Shown here piece after piece: positions 46,816 to 57,141 of a stretch of 64,000 nt of DNA. The translations under genes were made by a program, and so were the position numbers. The DNA is from Silvibacterium sp. Lineage in GTDB: Bacteria; Acidobacteriota; Terriglobia; Terriglobales; Acidobacteriaceae. The stretch is taken from contig JBAVYX010000511.1 in NCBI GenBank assembly GCA_049588475.1, positions 7,890 through 71,889 of the forward strand, read 5' to 3'. Positions within the stretch are counted from its first letter, which is position 1; each line of letters opens with the position of its first letter. A model generated the notes under the pieces. It worked only from the letters and a program-made list of their open reading frames with translations. It made no database searches and was not told the DNA's origin.

Positions 46816-49800
46816 TTAGTGAATGTCGAACTGCTCCGGGTGCAATGTCGCATCGCTCTTCACGATGATCGTCTTGCCCAGGATCTCTTCCAGCTCATTT
46901 AACCAGCGGGCGTTGTTCGCCTTCAACGTCTTGACTACTTCAGGATTCACGCGCAGCATAACGTCACGGCCATCCAGATGGCGCTGCATCTTGCGCATCT
47001 CCGTAAAGATTTCGTTCGCGACCGTTGTCGGACTCTTTACCATTCCCGTCCCCGTGCAGATTGGGCAGGGAGTGCTCAGCGTCCGTTCGAGCGACTGCTT
47101 CACGCGTTTGCGAGTGATCGCGACCAGACCGAAATCGTTGAACTGCAGGACCTTTGACGGAGCGCGATCCTTCTTCAGTTCATCTTCCAGCGCCTGCATC
47201 ACCTTGTGGCGATTCTTGCGTTCATCCATGTCGATGAAGTCGATTACGATAATGCCGCCCAGGTCGCGCAGCCGAATCTGGCGCACAATCTCCGGAATCG
47301 CATCGAGATTCGTCTTCAGAATGGTGTCCTCAAGGCGCGCCGTTTTGCCGACGTATTTTCCAGTATTGATGTCAATGGCCACCAGCGCTTCCGTCTGGTT
47401 GATCACAATCGATCCGCCTGACTTCAGCCAGACCTTCGACTTCAACGCCTTGCTGATCTCGTCCTGAATTCCAAAGTGCTCGAAGAGCGGCGTCTCCTTG
47501 GTGTAGAGCTTTACGCGCCGCACCAGCGACGGCTGAAAGCGATTCAGGAAGCGAACTGTTCTCTCATATTCCGCCTCATTGTCCACCCAGATGGCGGAGA
47601 AGTTATCGCTCACCTGGTCGCGCAACACGCGCTCCACCAGGTTAAGGTCGTGATAAATCAGTGCTGGAGCATTGCTGCCCTCTTCTCGCTGCTTAATCTC
47701 GCTCCACAGGCTGATCAGAAAGCGCAGATCCGCGCGAAGTTCCTCTTCGCTCGCTCCATCGGCTGCCGTGCGTACGATGAATCCTCCAGACGTCTCGCCC
47801 TTTTCGCTAATCAGAATCCGTTTCAGCCGCTGACGCTCTTCATCGGAAGAGATCTTTCGCGACACGCCCACGTGATTTACCGTCGGCATGAAGACCAGGA
47901 AGCGCCCCGGAAGCGCGATATGGCTAGTAATGCGCGCGCCCTTTTTGGCGATCGGCTCCTTGGCAATCTGAACCAGAATCTCCTGGCCCTGCTTCAACAA
48001 ATCGCTGATGATAGGCAGATCCATCGTTTGCGCTGACTGCCTGTTGCGTCCATTCTGACGCCCACGTCCGCCCGGATGGCCACCCTGGCGCCCTCCGCGT
48101 CGATCGCCTCGACGGCCGCCTTTGCGCTCTGCGCCGCGATCTCCGTCGCGTCGCGTCGCCGGCTCAGTGACTGCGGCCTCAGCGCCATGCTCGCCGGCCT
48201 CACCCGCCTTGAAGCTCTCGTCTTCGTCGTTTTCTTCGTCGTCGCCATTTTCCTCGGCTTCACCGAGTTCGAGATCCTCTTCCTCATCTTCTTCAAGATC
48301 TTCTTCGAGTCCCGTTCCGTTTGACACCCGCTGATTCAGATGCGTATCCCGCACCATCTCGCCCAGTTCTCCAGCGTGATCCAGCGTCTCTTCCTCCAGA
48401 TCCTCGCTGTCATGTTCCTCGGCATGTCCATGAATCGGCTCGAAGTCGTACTCGTCTTCGTCGATGACTTCTTCTTCCAGGACGCCTGAACCCGGGGCAA
48501 AACCAAATAGCTGGTCAGCGACTTCCGTCGCCTGTGGATCGTGCTCTTCCACCTCCTCAATCGGTACTACAGTCGCACCCGCGGAGTGTGCTTTAATCGG
48601 ATCCTCCTCGAGAATCCCCGGCACGATGTGCTCCAGTTCCGTGTCTGCAACTGGCGTTCCCTCTTCCGCCACGCTCGATACACGAAACTCACTCGGCGCC
48701 GCAAGATCAATCCGGTGCGAGGCCGACGCGCTCTCCGGTTCGAACTCATGAATCTCTTCGTGAATCTCTTCTTCGGTTTCTAACGAAACCTCCGGCTCGT
48801 GAACTGTTCCGATACTCAGCGGCTCGAGAGCCAGTTCAGAGGTCGCCTCGTGCTTCTGTGCCTCGGGCTCGCTTGACTCGGGCTCGTGAACCACTTCCAC
48901 CCTCGACTCGACAGCTTCCGCCACTGGTACTTCAGCCACAGACTTGGCGAAATGCGCAAAGGGCTCCGTGGGAACCTCAGCTACCAGTTGTACCTCAGCC
49001 AAATTGAACGTCTTTGTCTCTGGCAACGTGTAGCCTTCTACCGCTAGCTTCTCGATTTCCAATTGATTTTCGGCTTCGGAAGTCTCAGCCGCCGGCTTAA
49101 CGGCATCCGTCTCAGCCTTTTCCTGTCCGCGATACCGCGATAATGACTCACCCGGCATCAACATGCCACCATCCCACTGAATCGGCGTCTCTATCAGCGT
49201 CGACGGCTTCGGAGGTGTGTAGTTTGTCTTAAATTGCGCCGTTGGCGCTTCAGCTTCCGTCTGCCTGGTCTCGACGACTGGCGTCGCTCCATATTTCGAA
49301 AGCGACTCGCCCGGCAGTAAAATCCGCTGTCCCGGTGCGTCGGCTGACGCATGAACGACGCTGGGAGTGCGATGCTCCCGCGCCGCCACCGGCTCCGCCT
49401 CAAACGGCTCGCTCGTTATCTGGATCGATCTGGGCGCACTGGTCGCGTCTTTGCTGAGCTCGACCGGCTGGGCCTCTTCGTGCTGACCGCGTTGACGGAA
49501 TCCCCGCTTGCGCCCGCGGCGTCCGCGCCAGCGCCGTGTTCCACTCGGCGAATCGGAATCGTCGGATGCTTCCTCGACGACGGGCTCGGTGGTTATCGCG
49601 AGCTGTGTCTCCGGCTGGCGTCCCACCATTTCGCGGGCCTGGCCACTCTCGCGACCGCCTTCACGCCGCGGCCTCTGCCCGCCGCCACCTGCGCTCTCAA
49701 AGTCGGCTCCGTCTTCCTGCTCTTCCAGAAAATCGGTAACGTACAAAAACGCGTCGCGTTCCAATCCAACGTCGACGAATGCCGACTGCATGCCGGGAAG

Positions 49801-49947
49801 CACGCGCGTTACTTTGCCTTTGTAAATGGAGCCCGCAAGGGTGTATTCGTTCTCGCGCTCGTAATAAACTTCTGTGAGCTCGTCGTTTTCCAGAATCGCA
49901 AGCCGCGTCTCATGCGGCGTAGTTGAAATGCAAATTTCCTTTGACAT
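46816..49947 (-). CDS. rne: Ribonuclease E/G family endoribonuclease with a very large low-complexity insertion
   Basis: MSKEICISTTPHETRLAILEND..., S1 strands GSIYKGKVTRVLPGMQSAFVDVG, and the catalytic core ...EALVAIDINTGKY...LRDLGGIIVIDFIDM... with a Zn-link-like CPICTGTG. ATG 49947 is preferred over the tracked TTG at 49986. Confidence 0.85.
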   Translation of the reverse strand: MSKEICISTTPHETRLAILENDELTEVYYERENEYTLAGSIYKGKVTRVLPGMQSAFVDVGLERDAFLYVTDFLEEQEDGADFESAGGGGQRPRREGGRESGQAREMVGRQPETQLAITTEPVVEEASDDSDSPSGTRRWRGRRGRKRGFRQRGQHEEAQPVELSKDATSAPRSIQITSEPFEAEPVAAREHRTPSVVHASADAPGQRILLPGESLSKYGATPVVETRQTEAEAPTAQFKTNYTPPKPSTLIETPIQWDGGMLMPGESLSRYRGQEKAETDAVKPAAETSEAENQLEIEKLAVEGYTLPETKTFNLAEVQLVAEVPTEPFAHFAKSVAEVPVAEAVESRVEVVHEPESSEPEAQKHEATSELALEPLSIGTVHEPEVSLETEEEIHEEIHEFEPESASASHRIDLAAPSEFRVSSVAEEGTPVADTELEHIVPGILEEDPIKAHSAGATVVPIEEVEEHDPQATEVADQLFGFAPGSGVLEEEVIDEDEYDFEPIHGHAEEHDSEDLEEETLDHAGELGEMVRDTHLNQRVSNGTGLEEDLEEDEEEDLELGEAEENGDDEENDEDESFKAGEAGEHGAEAAVTEPATRRDGDRGAERKGGRRGDRRGGRQGGHPGGRGRQNGRNRQSAQTMDLPIISDLLKQGQEILVQIAKEPIAKKGARITSHIALPGRFLVFMPTVNHVGVSRKISSDEERQRLKRILISEKGETSGGFIVRTAADGASEEELRADLRFLISLWSEIKQREEGSNAPALIYHDLNLVERVLRDQVSDNFSAIWVDNEAEYERTVRFLNRFQPSLVRRVKLYTKETPLFEHFGIQDEISKALKSKVWLKSGGSIVINQTEALVAIDINTGKYVGKTARLEDTILKTNLDAIPEIVRQIRLRDLGGIIVIDFIDMDERKNRHKVMQALEDELKKDRAPSKVLQFNDFGLVAITRKRVKQSLERTLSTPCPICTGTGMVKSPTTVANEIFTEMRKMQRHLDGRDVMLRVNPEVVKTLKANNARWLNELEEILGKTIIVKSDATLHPEQFDIH

Positions 49948-50337
49948 GCTGCCTCTCTCGTCGCGCGGAATTTTTCCGTACGACAACGGTCGAGACAGAT
50001 CAGAGCGGTAAACCGGAGAGGGTCAGGGATGACGTAGAGATGGCCGTTTCAAAGAGGATTCTTTGCGTGAGAGATGAGTCGCACTCGCCCCGGTCGCCCG
50101 GCGGAGGCTCACTGAAAAAACCGACTGTTTTACGGGGTACATCTGCGCGCAAGGAGTTTGTGACCGCTTCTGCCGATTTTCCCGGCGGGGCCGTTACCCG
50201 TCTCTGCGCGCTCATGCCTGAATCCTGCCCGGCCCGGTGATCTACCCGACCGGTTAATGTTAAACTTCCCACAATCTGCAACTTCTCGCCCGCCTCGGCG
50301 GACGTTCGTACAAACCTTAAAAATCCTTGCCGGGGAC

Positions 50338-51438
50338 TTAGTTCACGAAACGGTTCATCCGGACATTCATCACCATGCCCAGAGCCAGAAACGAGAACAA
50401 CACCGAGGAGCCCCCATAGCTCATAAGCGGTAGAGGAATCCCGGTAACCGGCATCAGCCCTATGACCATTCCGACGTTGACCGCAATCTGAAAAATCAGC
50501 ACGGCCACCACGCCCATCACCAGGAACGTACCCGGGAGGTCTGCGGCTGTCTGTGCGTTTTGAATCAAACGCATCAATATAAGGAAGTATATCAGCAGCA
50601 CGATCACCGCGCCGATAAAGCCATGCTCCTCGGCAAAGGCCGCAAAGATGAAGTCCGTATAGGGAATCGGCAGAAAATCGCCCTGCGTCTGCGTTCCCTT
50701 CGTCGCCCCCCGCCCGAATACGCCGCCATCCCCCACTGCAATCAGCGACTGGCGGATCTGGTAGCCGCTCCCCTTGGGGTCGGCATCGGGATTCATAAAA
50801 CTGGTCAAGCGCGCCTTTTGATAAGGCTTCAGGACTTTCCCGCTGGTAAAGGCCACGCCAACCAGCAGCAACCCCGCCAAGACGAGGATCGATCCCTTCT
50901 TCCAGTCGATTCCGCCTAGAAACAGCCCGGCCAGCAGGATCGGCGAGTAGATCAGGGCTGTCCCCAAGTCCGGCTGCTTCAGCACCAGCAACATCGGCAC
51001 ACCTACCAGGGCCATCGCCTTAAAGATGTCCGGCCACGTTAGCTCCCGTCCCACCCGATTGGCAAAATAGCGTGTCACCGCCACGATCAGCACCAGCTTG
51101 ACCCACTCCGACGGCTGAAAATGAATCCCTCCCGGCAGCTTGATCCATCGCCGCGCTCCAAGCACCTTCGTTCCCACTACCAGCACCGCCACCAGCGAAA
51201 TCAGGCAGAAACCATAAATCCAGTGAATCCAGTCGATTAGCCGGTGATAGTCGATCAACGACAGAATGAACATCGCCAACAGCCCCCCCACCAGCCAGAG
51301 GATCTGCTGCTTGTAGAAGCCCACGAACTTGGTGTGGAGTGTCGCTGAGTAGATCTCAAAGATGCTGATGATCGACAACAACATCACGAAGCTGAGAAGG
51401 GTCCAGTCAAAATCGCGAAAAGAAAGAAAACGTCTCAT
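50338..51438 (-). CDS. rodA: Peptidoglycan glycosyltransferase RodA (SEDS family)
   Basis: A 10-TM SEDS pattern, with DFIFAAFAEEHGFIG and GIPLPLMSYGGSS motifs. It overlaps the mrdA stop by 4 nt. Confidence 0.9.
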   Translation of the reverse strand: MRRFLSFRDFDWTLLSFVMLLSIISIFEIYSATLHTKFVGFYKQQILWLVGGLLAMFILSLIDYHRLIDWIHWIYGFCLISLVAVLVVGTKVLGARRWIKLPGGIHFQPSEWVKLVLIVAVTRYFANRVGRELTWPDIFKAMALVGVPMLLVLKQPDLGTALIYSPILLAGLFLGGIDWKKGSILVLAGLLLVGVAFTSGKVLKPYQKARLTSFMNPDADPKGSGYQIRQSLIAVGDGGVFGRGATKGTQTQGDFLPIPYTDFIFAAFAEEHGFIGAVIVLLIYFLILMRLIQNAQTAADLPGTFLVMGVVAVLIFQIAVNVGMVIGLMPVTGIPLPLMSYGGSSVLFSFLALGMVMNVRMNRFVN

Positions 51439-53462
51439 GGCTGGCGAACCACCGCTGCCAGGGCGTCACCCTTTGCTGCTGGGATCTGAAGGAAAAAGTG
51501 CCCGGCATGGATTGCATCCGTCGCGGATTCTTTTGGGGCATCCTTCGTCGCATGCGCTACCACCGGTCTCCCCCCCACCGCATCGGGATTCTCCGGATCC
51601 GACCACGCTGCGCCTACTTCCACCGGTTCTTGCTTCTCCGTTGCCAGGTTGTGGTTCAGCCGCCGCTGCTTGTTGACAAACGCCTCAATCACTCTGGCGG
51701 CCACGTGCGCCGAACCCGATCCCCATCCACCATGCTCCCACAAAACTGCCACCACAATGTCCGGATTCCTGCGCGGCGCAATCCCGACGAACCAGGCATG
51801 CGGCCGCTCGGCAATCACGCTCGACACTTTATTGGTACCAGCGCTGTGGCTTATCACCTGCGCCGTTCCAGTCTTCCCGGCAAAATCGATGTTTTCGAGG
51901 TGGGAGGCAAAGGCCGTGCCACCCGCACGCGGATCGGTAGCCCCGGCCATGCCATCGGTAATGGTCTCCCAATTGTCGGGGTCGATCGGAAACGTCACAT
52001 TCCCCGATCCCCGGAACGAGTCGAACATCGCCGTGCGATACTCCTCCGGAAGCTCCTCGGGAAAAACAACATGCGGCCGCATAAAAACCCCTCCTGATGC
52101 AATGCCGCTGAGAGCTCGCGCCAGTTGAATCGGCGTAACCGCGACCGCGCCCTGGCCAATACCCACCGAGACGGTTTCGCCCGCGTACCATTTCTCATGG
52201 AAGGTCTTCATCTTCCACTCTTCTGAAGGCATAACTCCCGAAGCCTCGTCCGGCAGATCCACGCCTGTTTTTTGCCCCAGTCCCACCGCATGCGCCCACT
52301 TGGCAATCTTGGTAATCCCCAGCTTCACCGCCAGCGTGTAGAAGTAGGTGTCACACGACCTGGAGATGGCCTGTTGCACATTCAGCACTCCATGCTTCTT
52401 ATCGCAGGCGAAAAAGTGCCCGTAGAACGAGGCGCCCCCCGTGCAATCCACCTTCATGTCTTCGGCCATGCCCTCCTCCAGGCCGGCCAACGACATAATA
52501 ATTTTGAAAGTTGACCCCGGCGCAAGCTGCGCCTGAATGGTCTTGTTCAGCAGCGGATGGTTGGGATCGGTAATCAGCTTGTTCCAATCCTCCCTCCCGA
52601 TGCGTACCGAAAACGCATTTGGATCGAAGGTAGGCCTGCTTAGCATGGCCAGAATCTCCCCGGTATGCGGGTCCATGGCAATGACCGCACCATTCCGATC
52701 GCCAAAGGCATTCTCAGCCGCCCTCTGGATATCGAGGTCAATGGTCAGCTTCAGGCTCTGACCAGCCTTAGAGTGCTCGGTTCCCAGCTTTCCAACTTCC
52801 CGGCCATGGCTGTCGACCAGCACATCGCGCGATCCGTCCTGGCCGCGCAAAAGCGCATCGTATGACTCCTCCACACCCGACCGTCCAACTACATCGCCCG
52901 GCTCATAGTAGGCGTAGCGCGGATCGTTTAGCATGTCCTCGCTTACCTCGCCCACATACCCAATCAGGTGCGCCGCAAACCCGGCCTTGGGATACAGCCG
53001 CCGCTGCTCGTCCACTGTTTCCAGCTCCGGCATCTCATCGCGATGCGCCTCGATGAACTCCTGCTCGTCCGGAGTGATGTCTTGCTTGAGCGGCAATGGC
53101 TCATATTTCGGATCGGCCCGATATTTTCTGAGAATCCCGTGGATTTGATCCACCGTCATATGCAGGCCGCGGGCAATCAGCGGAAGATCGGCCTCGTAGT
53201 CATGCCCCTGCTCCCGCACCAGAAAGCATGAGACGGAAGGATAGTTGTCTACAAGCAAACGCCCGTCGCGATCGAAGAGCTGCCCACGGGGCGCAAGGAT
53301 GGGCACCTTGCGAACCCGGTTCGCCTCTGCCAGAGCGCGGTAGTTCTGCGCGCCCACCACCTGTAGCCGCCAAAGCCCAAAGATCAGCACCAGCATCACA
53401 CCCACAATGCCGTACTGAAAAATGGTCAACTTGATCGCCGGTAACTTTTCTTCCTTCTGCAT
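51435..53462 (-). CDS. mrdA: Penicillin-binding protein 2 (elongasome transpeptidase)
   Basis: N-terminal anchor, the transpeptidase motifs STFK (GSTFKII) and KTGTA (AGKTGTAQV), and its position between mreD and rodA. Confidence 0.9.
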   Translation of the reverse strand: MQKEEKLPAIKLTIFQYGIVGVMLVLIFGLWRLQVVGAQNYRALAEANRVRKVPILAPRGQLFDRDGRLLVDNYPSVSCFLVREQGHDYEADLPLIARGLHMTVDQIHGILRKYRADPKYEPLPLKQDITPDEQEFIEAHRDEMPELETVDEQRRLYPKAGFAAHLIGYVGEVSEDMLNDPRYAYYEPGDVVGRSGVEESYDALLRGQDGSRDVLVDSHGREVGKLGTEHSKAGQSLKLTIDLDIQRAAENAFGDRNGAVIAMDPHTGEILAMLSRPTFDPNAFSVRIGREDWNKLITDPNHPLLNKTIQAQLAPGSTFKIIMSLAGLEEGMAEDMKVDCTGGASFYGHFFACDKKHGVLNVQQAISRSCDTYFYTLAVKLGITKIAKWAHAVGLGQKTGVDLPDEASGVMPSEEWKMKTFHEKWYAGETVSVGIGQGAVAVTPIQLARALSGIASGGVFMRPHVVFPEELPEEYRTAMFDSFRGSGNVTFPIDPDNWETITDGMAGATDPRAGGTAFASHLENIDFAGKTGTAQVISHSAGTNKVSSVIAERPHAWFVGIAPRRNPDIVVAVLWEHGGWGSGSAHVAARVIEAFVNKQRRLNHNLATEKQEPVEVGAAWSDPENPDAVGGRPVVAHATKDAPKESATDAIHAGHFFLQIPAAKGDALAAVVRQP

Positions 53463-53523
53463 GGTTAGCTGCTACTTCTGCTGATCATAACTCTCTGTCG
53501 AACCCGTTCCGCAAACCCCTGCG

Positions 53524-54042
53524 CTACTCCCGCGACTTCGCTCGATCTAATAACGCGAAAATCACCACCGCCACCAGAGTATTGATCACTGCTCGCAGCA
53601 GTTCATGGAACCAATTCCACACCATCGGCTCGGTCAACAGGTGCCGCACCAGAACCCAATCGATGGCGTTGTGCAGCATCACAAAGAGGAACGTCAGCAA
53701 GAGCCGGGTCCCGTGGCTCTCCGTGTCGATGCGCACGCCCAGTGAACCGGCCACATATCCGATCACTGCCTTCGCAATCCCGAACACACCCAGCGGCTGC
53801 CGCGTCAACGCATCCTGCGCAATCCCCATCAGTGCTCCGCCTATCGTCGAGGCCGCCGGGTTACGGCGCGTCATCGCGAAGTAGATCACCACCATCAGCG
53901 GCAGATCCAGCGTCGCAAAGAGCGGAAAGTGTAGAGAAACGAACGACTGCAGCCCCAGCGCCAGAGCCGGAATCAGCACATAAATCAGCAGCGGAAACGA
54001 GCGATCATCCGCCTCGCGCCGAGTGGAGGCCATCAACGCCAT
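53524..54042 (-). CDS. mreD: Rod shape-determining protein MreD
   Basis: A small polytopic membrane protein immediately downstream of mreC. Confidence 0.8.
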   Translation of the reverse strand: MALMASTRREADDRSFPLLIYVLIPALALGLQSFVSLHFPLFATLDLPLMVVIYFAMTRRNPAASTIGGALMGIAQDALTRQPLGVFGIAKAVIGYVAGSLGVRIDTESHGTRLLLTFLFVMLHNAIDWVLVRHLLTEPMVWNWFHELLRAVINTLVAVVIFALLDRAKSRE

Positions 54043-54044
54043 CG

Positions 54045-55715
54045 CTATCGGCCCCCTTTCGGTGGCGTAGTGAGCGCCGGCTGCGAATTCTGTTCGCCCG
54101 GCTGAATTGCGGGCCTCGGTTTCTGGACCGCAGGTTTCGCCGTCGCAGGCGGTTTGCTCCCGTCATCGGGAACAATTTCGGGAGCCTTCTTCTTCACCGG
54201 CGCGCTCACCGGTCCGTCTTCGATTACACGCGTCTTGGGCGGTGTCTTCGCCCCATCGTCTGTCCCGGACGCAGGAGCGGATCTCTGTCCGAACCCTTGC
54301 CCTGCCGTTGCGGTGACGCCTCTCGCAGCACCACTTTCAGTCGTGGCTCCGGTCCCTGAGGTTCCGTTCGTAGATTTCGCTGGCCTTGCGATGGTTGTGC
54401 CCGCATTCGGCGCACCACCGCTGGCCGACGCAGCCCCACTCGCCGCTGTCACCGTCTTACTGGTCGCACCGATCACCGGGACCGCCTTCTTCACCGGTAC
54501 ATCTGCCTCGTCGTCATCTCGCTCCGTCGTGGCGGCAGGCACAGCCGCCGTTGGCTTCCTTTGCGGCGGGGCCGCCACTATCTCCTCTGTTCCCTGCAAT
54601 ACAGGCGCATGGCGCTGCCCCGGAGTCAGCTCCACCGAAGGCGGCGTCGCATCCGGGCTGTATTGATCTGGATGCAGGGGCTTCGGCGGCGTCATCAGAC
54701 GCACATTCTCCCCCGTGTTGTCGCCATTCATGTCGGGATTGGTATCCGCGGGCGCCTTGGCATCCATCCGCCCCGGCAGCCGCTCGGACAAAACATCGGA
54801 GGCCCGCTTCTGCTCCGCCGCACCTTCGGCCTCGCTCTCTGCCAGGTCTCTCTCCGCCTGCGGCGAGGCCGCCTCGCCCACATCGGTAATCACCAGCACC
54901 TCTTCCAGGCGCGACAGATTCGCCGCTGGACGGATCACCACATCCACCCATGGATCGCGGTCGGGATCCGGCACCACCCGATCCACGGTGCCCACCGGCA
55001 TGCCGCGCGGAAAAATCTGGTCTCCTCCGCTGGTCACAATCCGCTCGCCCGGCTTGATGCGCTCATCGGGCGATACATTCATCACCCGCATCTCCCCAAA
55101 AGAGCTTCCCTTCAGAATCCCCCGGGTCCGCGTCGTTTCCAGAGTTACGCCCACGCCGCTCGTCCGATCGGTGATCAGCAGCACGAGACTCTTGTGATCG
55201 AAGACGTCCTTCAGCTTGCCCACGATGCCGTCCGCCGTCACCACCGGCATATCCGGGGCCAGACCTTCTTTCGCACCCTTATCGATGTAAAGGGTCTGCG
55301 ACTGGTCTGTCCCCGAAACGCCGATCACCTGTGCCGGGAATGTTTTGTAAATATAGTGTTGTTTGAAATCGAGCAATTGCTGCAGGCGCTGCCCCTGCTT
55401 CGCATCCTCAGCCATGCTTGCCTGCTCCAACCGAAGCCGCTCGATTTCCGCCTTCAACCCGGCGTCTTCCTGGTGCACATGAATCAGATTCACGTAGCCC
55501 GACCATAGCCCGCGAATTCCCTGGCCCAGGTAGCGCAGCCACCGCTCCGGTGGCGTCACCACGCTCACCACCACGTAGCGAATCAGGCTCACCCCGCGCT
55601 GGTCGGGGCTGTCGGCGGCAGGGCGCTTGACTTGGATAGCAAGCGCCAACAGTTGCGCAACCAGCACCACGATCAGTACCAGGGCGTTCTTATAACGGCT
55701 GAAGAAAGATTCCAT
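54045..55715 (-). CDS. mreC: Rod shape-determining protein MreC with a long Pro/Ala/Thr-rich C-terminal tail
   Basis: The N-terminal anchor, coiled coil (...LKAEIERLRLEQASMAED...) and beta domains (...VVTADGIVGKL..., ...IVTSGGDQIFPRGMPVGTV...) are MreC-like. Residues from about 285 to 556 are low complexity. Confidence 0.85.
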   Translation of the reverse strand: MESFFSRYKNALVLIVVLVAQLLALAIQVKRPAADSPDQRGVSLIRYVVVSVVTPPERWLRYLGQGIRGLWSGYVNLIHVHQEDAGLKAEIERLRLEQASMAEDAKQGQRLQQLLDFKQHYIYKTFPAQVIGVSGTDQSQTLYIDKGAKEGLAPDMPVVTADGIVGKLKDVFDHKSLVLLITDRTSGVGVTLETTRTRGILKGSSFGEMRVMNVSPDERIKPGERIVTSGGDQIFPRGMPVGTVDRVVPDPDRDPWVDVVIRPAANLSRLEEVLVITDVGEAASPQAERDLAESEAEGAAEQKRASDVLSERLPGRMDAKAPADTNPDMNGDNTGENVRLMTPPKPLHPDQYSPDATPPSVELTPGQRHAPVLQGTEEIVAAPPQRKPTAAVPAATTERDDDEADVPVKKAVPVIGATSKTVTAASGAASASGGAPNAGTTIARPAKSTNGTSGTGATTESGAARGVTATAGQGFGQRSAPASGTDDGAKTPPKTRVIEDGPVSAPVKKKAPEIVPDDGSKPPATAKPAVQKPRPAIQPGEQNSQPALTTPPKGGR

Positions 55716-55885
55716 GGATCCGACGTGGGTGCCCTGCGCACCCGCTACTTGCCGATTCTCGGCTCAAGATGCGGCATCATTCTGTAGAATTCAACCCGCA
55801 TTTCCGCCAAGAGTTACCAACATTATAAGCCGCATCAGCATGCATTCAGCGGGCTTCCCAGCTTACGCAAGTACCCATTCGATAC

Positions 55886-56950
55886 CTAGTCGATCTTGAT
55901 CTTGCGCAGCAGCCTGAAGTCGCTGAGCATCTTGCCCGTGCCCAGAACCACGCTGGCCAGCGGGTCATCAGCAATCGACACCGGCAGCCCGGTTTCCTCG
56001 CGAATCCGCTTGTCGAGATTCTTGATCAGCGCCCCGCCGCCCGTAAGCACAATACCGCGGTCGCTGATGTCGGCGCTCAGTTCCGGAGGCGTCCGCTCCA
56101 GCGCCACGCGAATCGCATTCATGATCGTCGAAATCGACTCGCCCAGAGCCTCGCGAATCTCACTGTCTTCTATGCTGATGGTCTTTGGCACGCCCTCGAT
56201 CAGGTTGCGGCCCTTGATCTCCATCGTCAGCGGCTTATCCAGCGGATACGCCGACCCCAGCTCGATCTTGATCTGCTCCGCCGTCCGTTCCCCAATCAGC
56301 AGGTTATATTTCCGCTTCAGGTAGTTCATGATGGCTTCGTCCATCTGATTCCCGGCCATCCGCACCGACCGCGAGTAAACGATGCCCGAAAGCGAAATCA
56401 CGGCAATATCCGTCGTTCCGCCGCCAATATCCACTACCATATTGCCGCTCGGCTCGGTAATCGGCAGTCCCGCGCCAATCGCCGCCACCATCGCCTGCTC
56501 GACGAGGAACACCTCGCTGGCCTTGGCGCGATAGGCGGAGTCCTCGACCGCCCGCTTCTCCACCTGCGTAATCTCCGAAGGCACGCCGATCACGATCCGC
56601 GGATGCACCATCATCTTGCGGTTATGCGCCTTCTGAATGAAGTAGTTCAGCATCTTCTCGGTGACCTTGAAGTCAGCGATCACCCCATCCTTCATCGGCT
56701 TGATAGCTACGATATTGCCCGGCGTACGCCCGAGCATCTCCTTGGCTTCCTTGCCCACGGCTTCCACTTCACCGGTATTTTTATTGATGGCCACAATCGA
56801 GGGCTCGTTGACCACGATTCCCTTGCCCGCGGCGTAGACGAGCGTGTTGGCCGTTCCTAAATCGATCGCCAGATCGCTTGAGAAAACGCTAAACAGCGAG
56901 CGCACACCGTGCGATCGCGAAGGACGCGAATGATAACCGTTCGATGACAT
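55886..56950 (-). CDS. mreB: Rod shape-determining protein MreB
   Basis: [27 protein letters not shown] and [10 protein letters not shown] actin-fold motifs. The true start may be GTG at 56905, giving (M)[16 protein letters not shown], which matches the usual short MreB N-terminus. Confidence 0.95.
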   Translation of the reverse strand: MSSNGYHSRPSRSHGVRSLFSVFSSDLAIDLGTANTLVYAAGKGIVVNEPSIVAINKNTGEVEAVGKEAKEMLGRTPGNIVAIKPMKDGVIADFKVTEKMLNYFIQKAHNRKMMVHPRIVIGVPSEITQVEKRAVEDSAYRAKASEVFLVEQAMVAAIGAGLPITEPSGNMVVDIGGGTTDIAVISLSGIVYSRSVRMAGNQMDEAIMNYLKRKYNLLIGERTAEQIKIELGSAYPLDKPLTMEIKGRNLIEGVPKTISIEDSEIREALGESISTIMNAIRVALERTPPELSADISDRGIVLTGGGALIKNLDKRIREETGLPVSIADDPLASVVLGTGKMLSDFRLLRKIKID

Positions 56951-57141
56951 GAAATAAACGACTTTTCTAAGGACTCGTGCCTATTGTAAGGCCATCGGGG
57001 CAATTGCTGCACCGCAGCGCGCCGTGGATTTCTTGGGGAATTCTCAGGAATGCGTCTGCGATAGCCCTCCGTTGCGGCATAATAAAACCATTTGCTCCGC
57101 TGACACAGACCAGTTCCGTCCTCCCCCTTCGAGGACATAGG

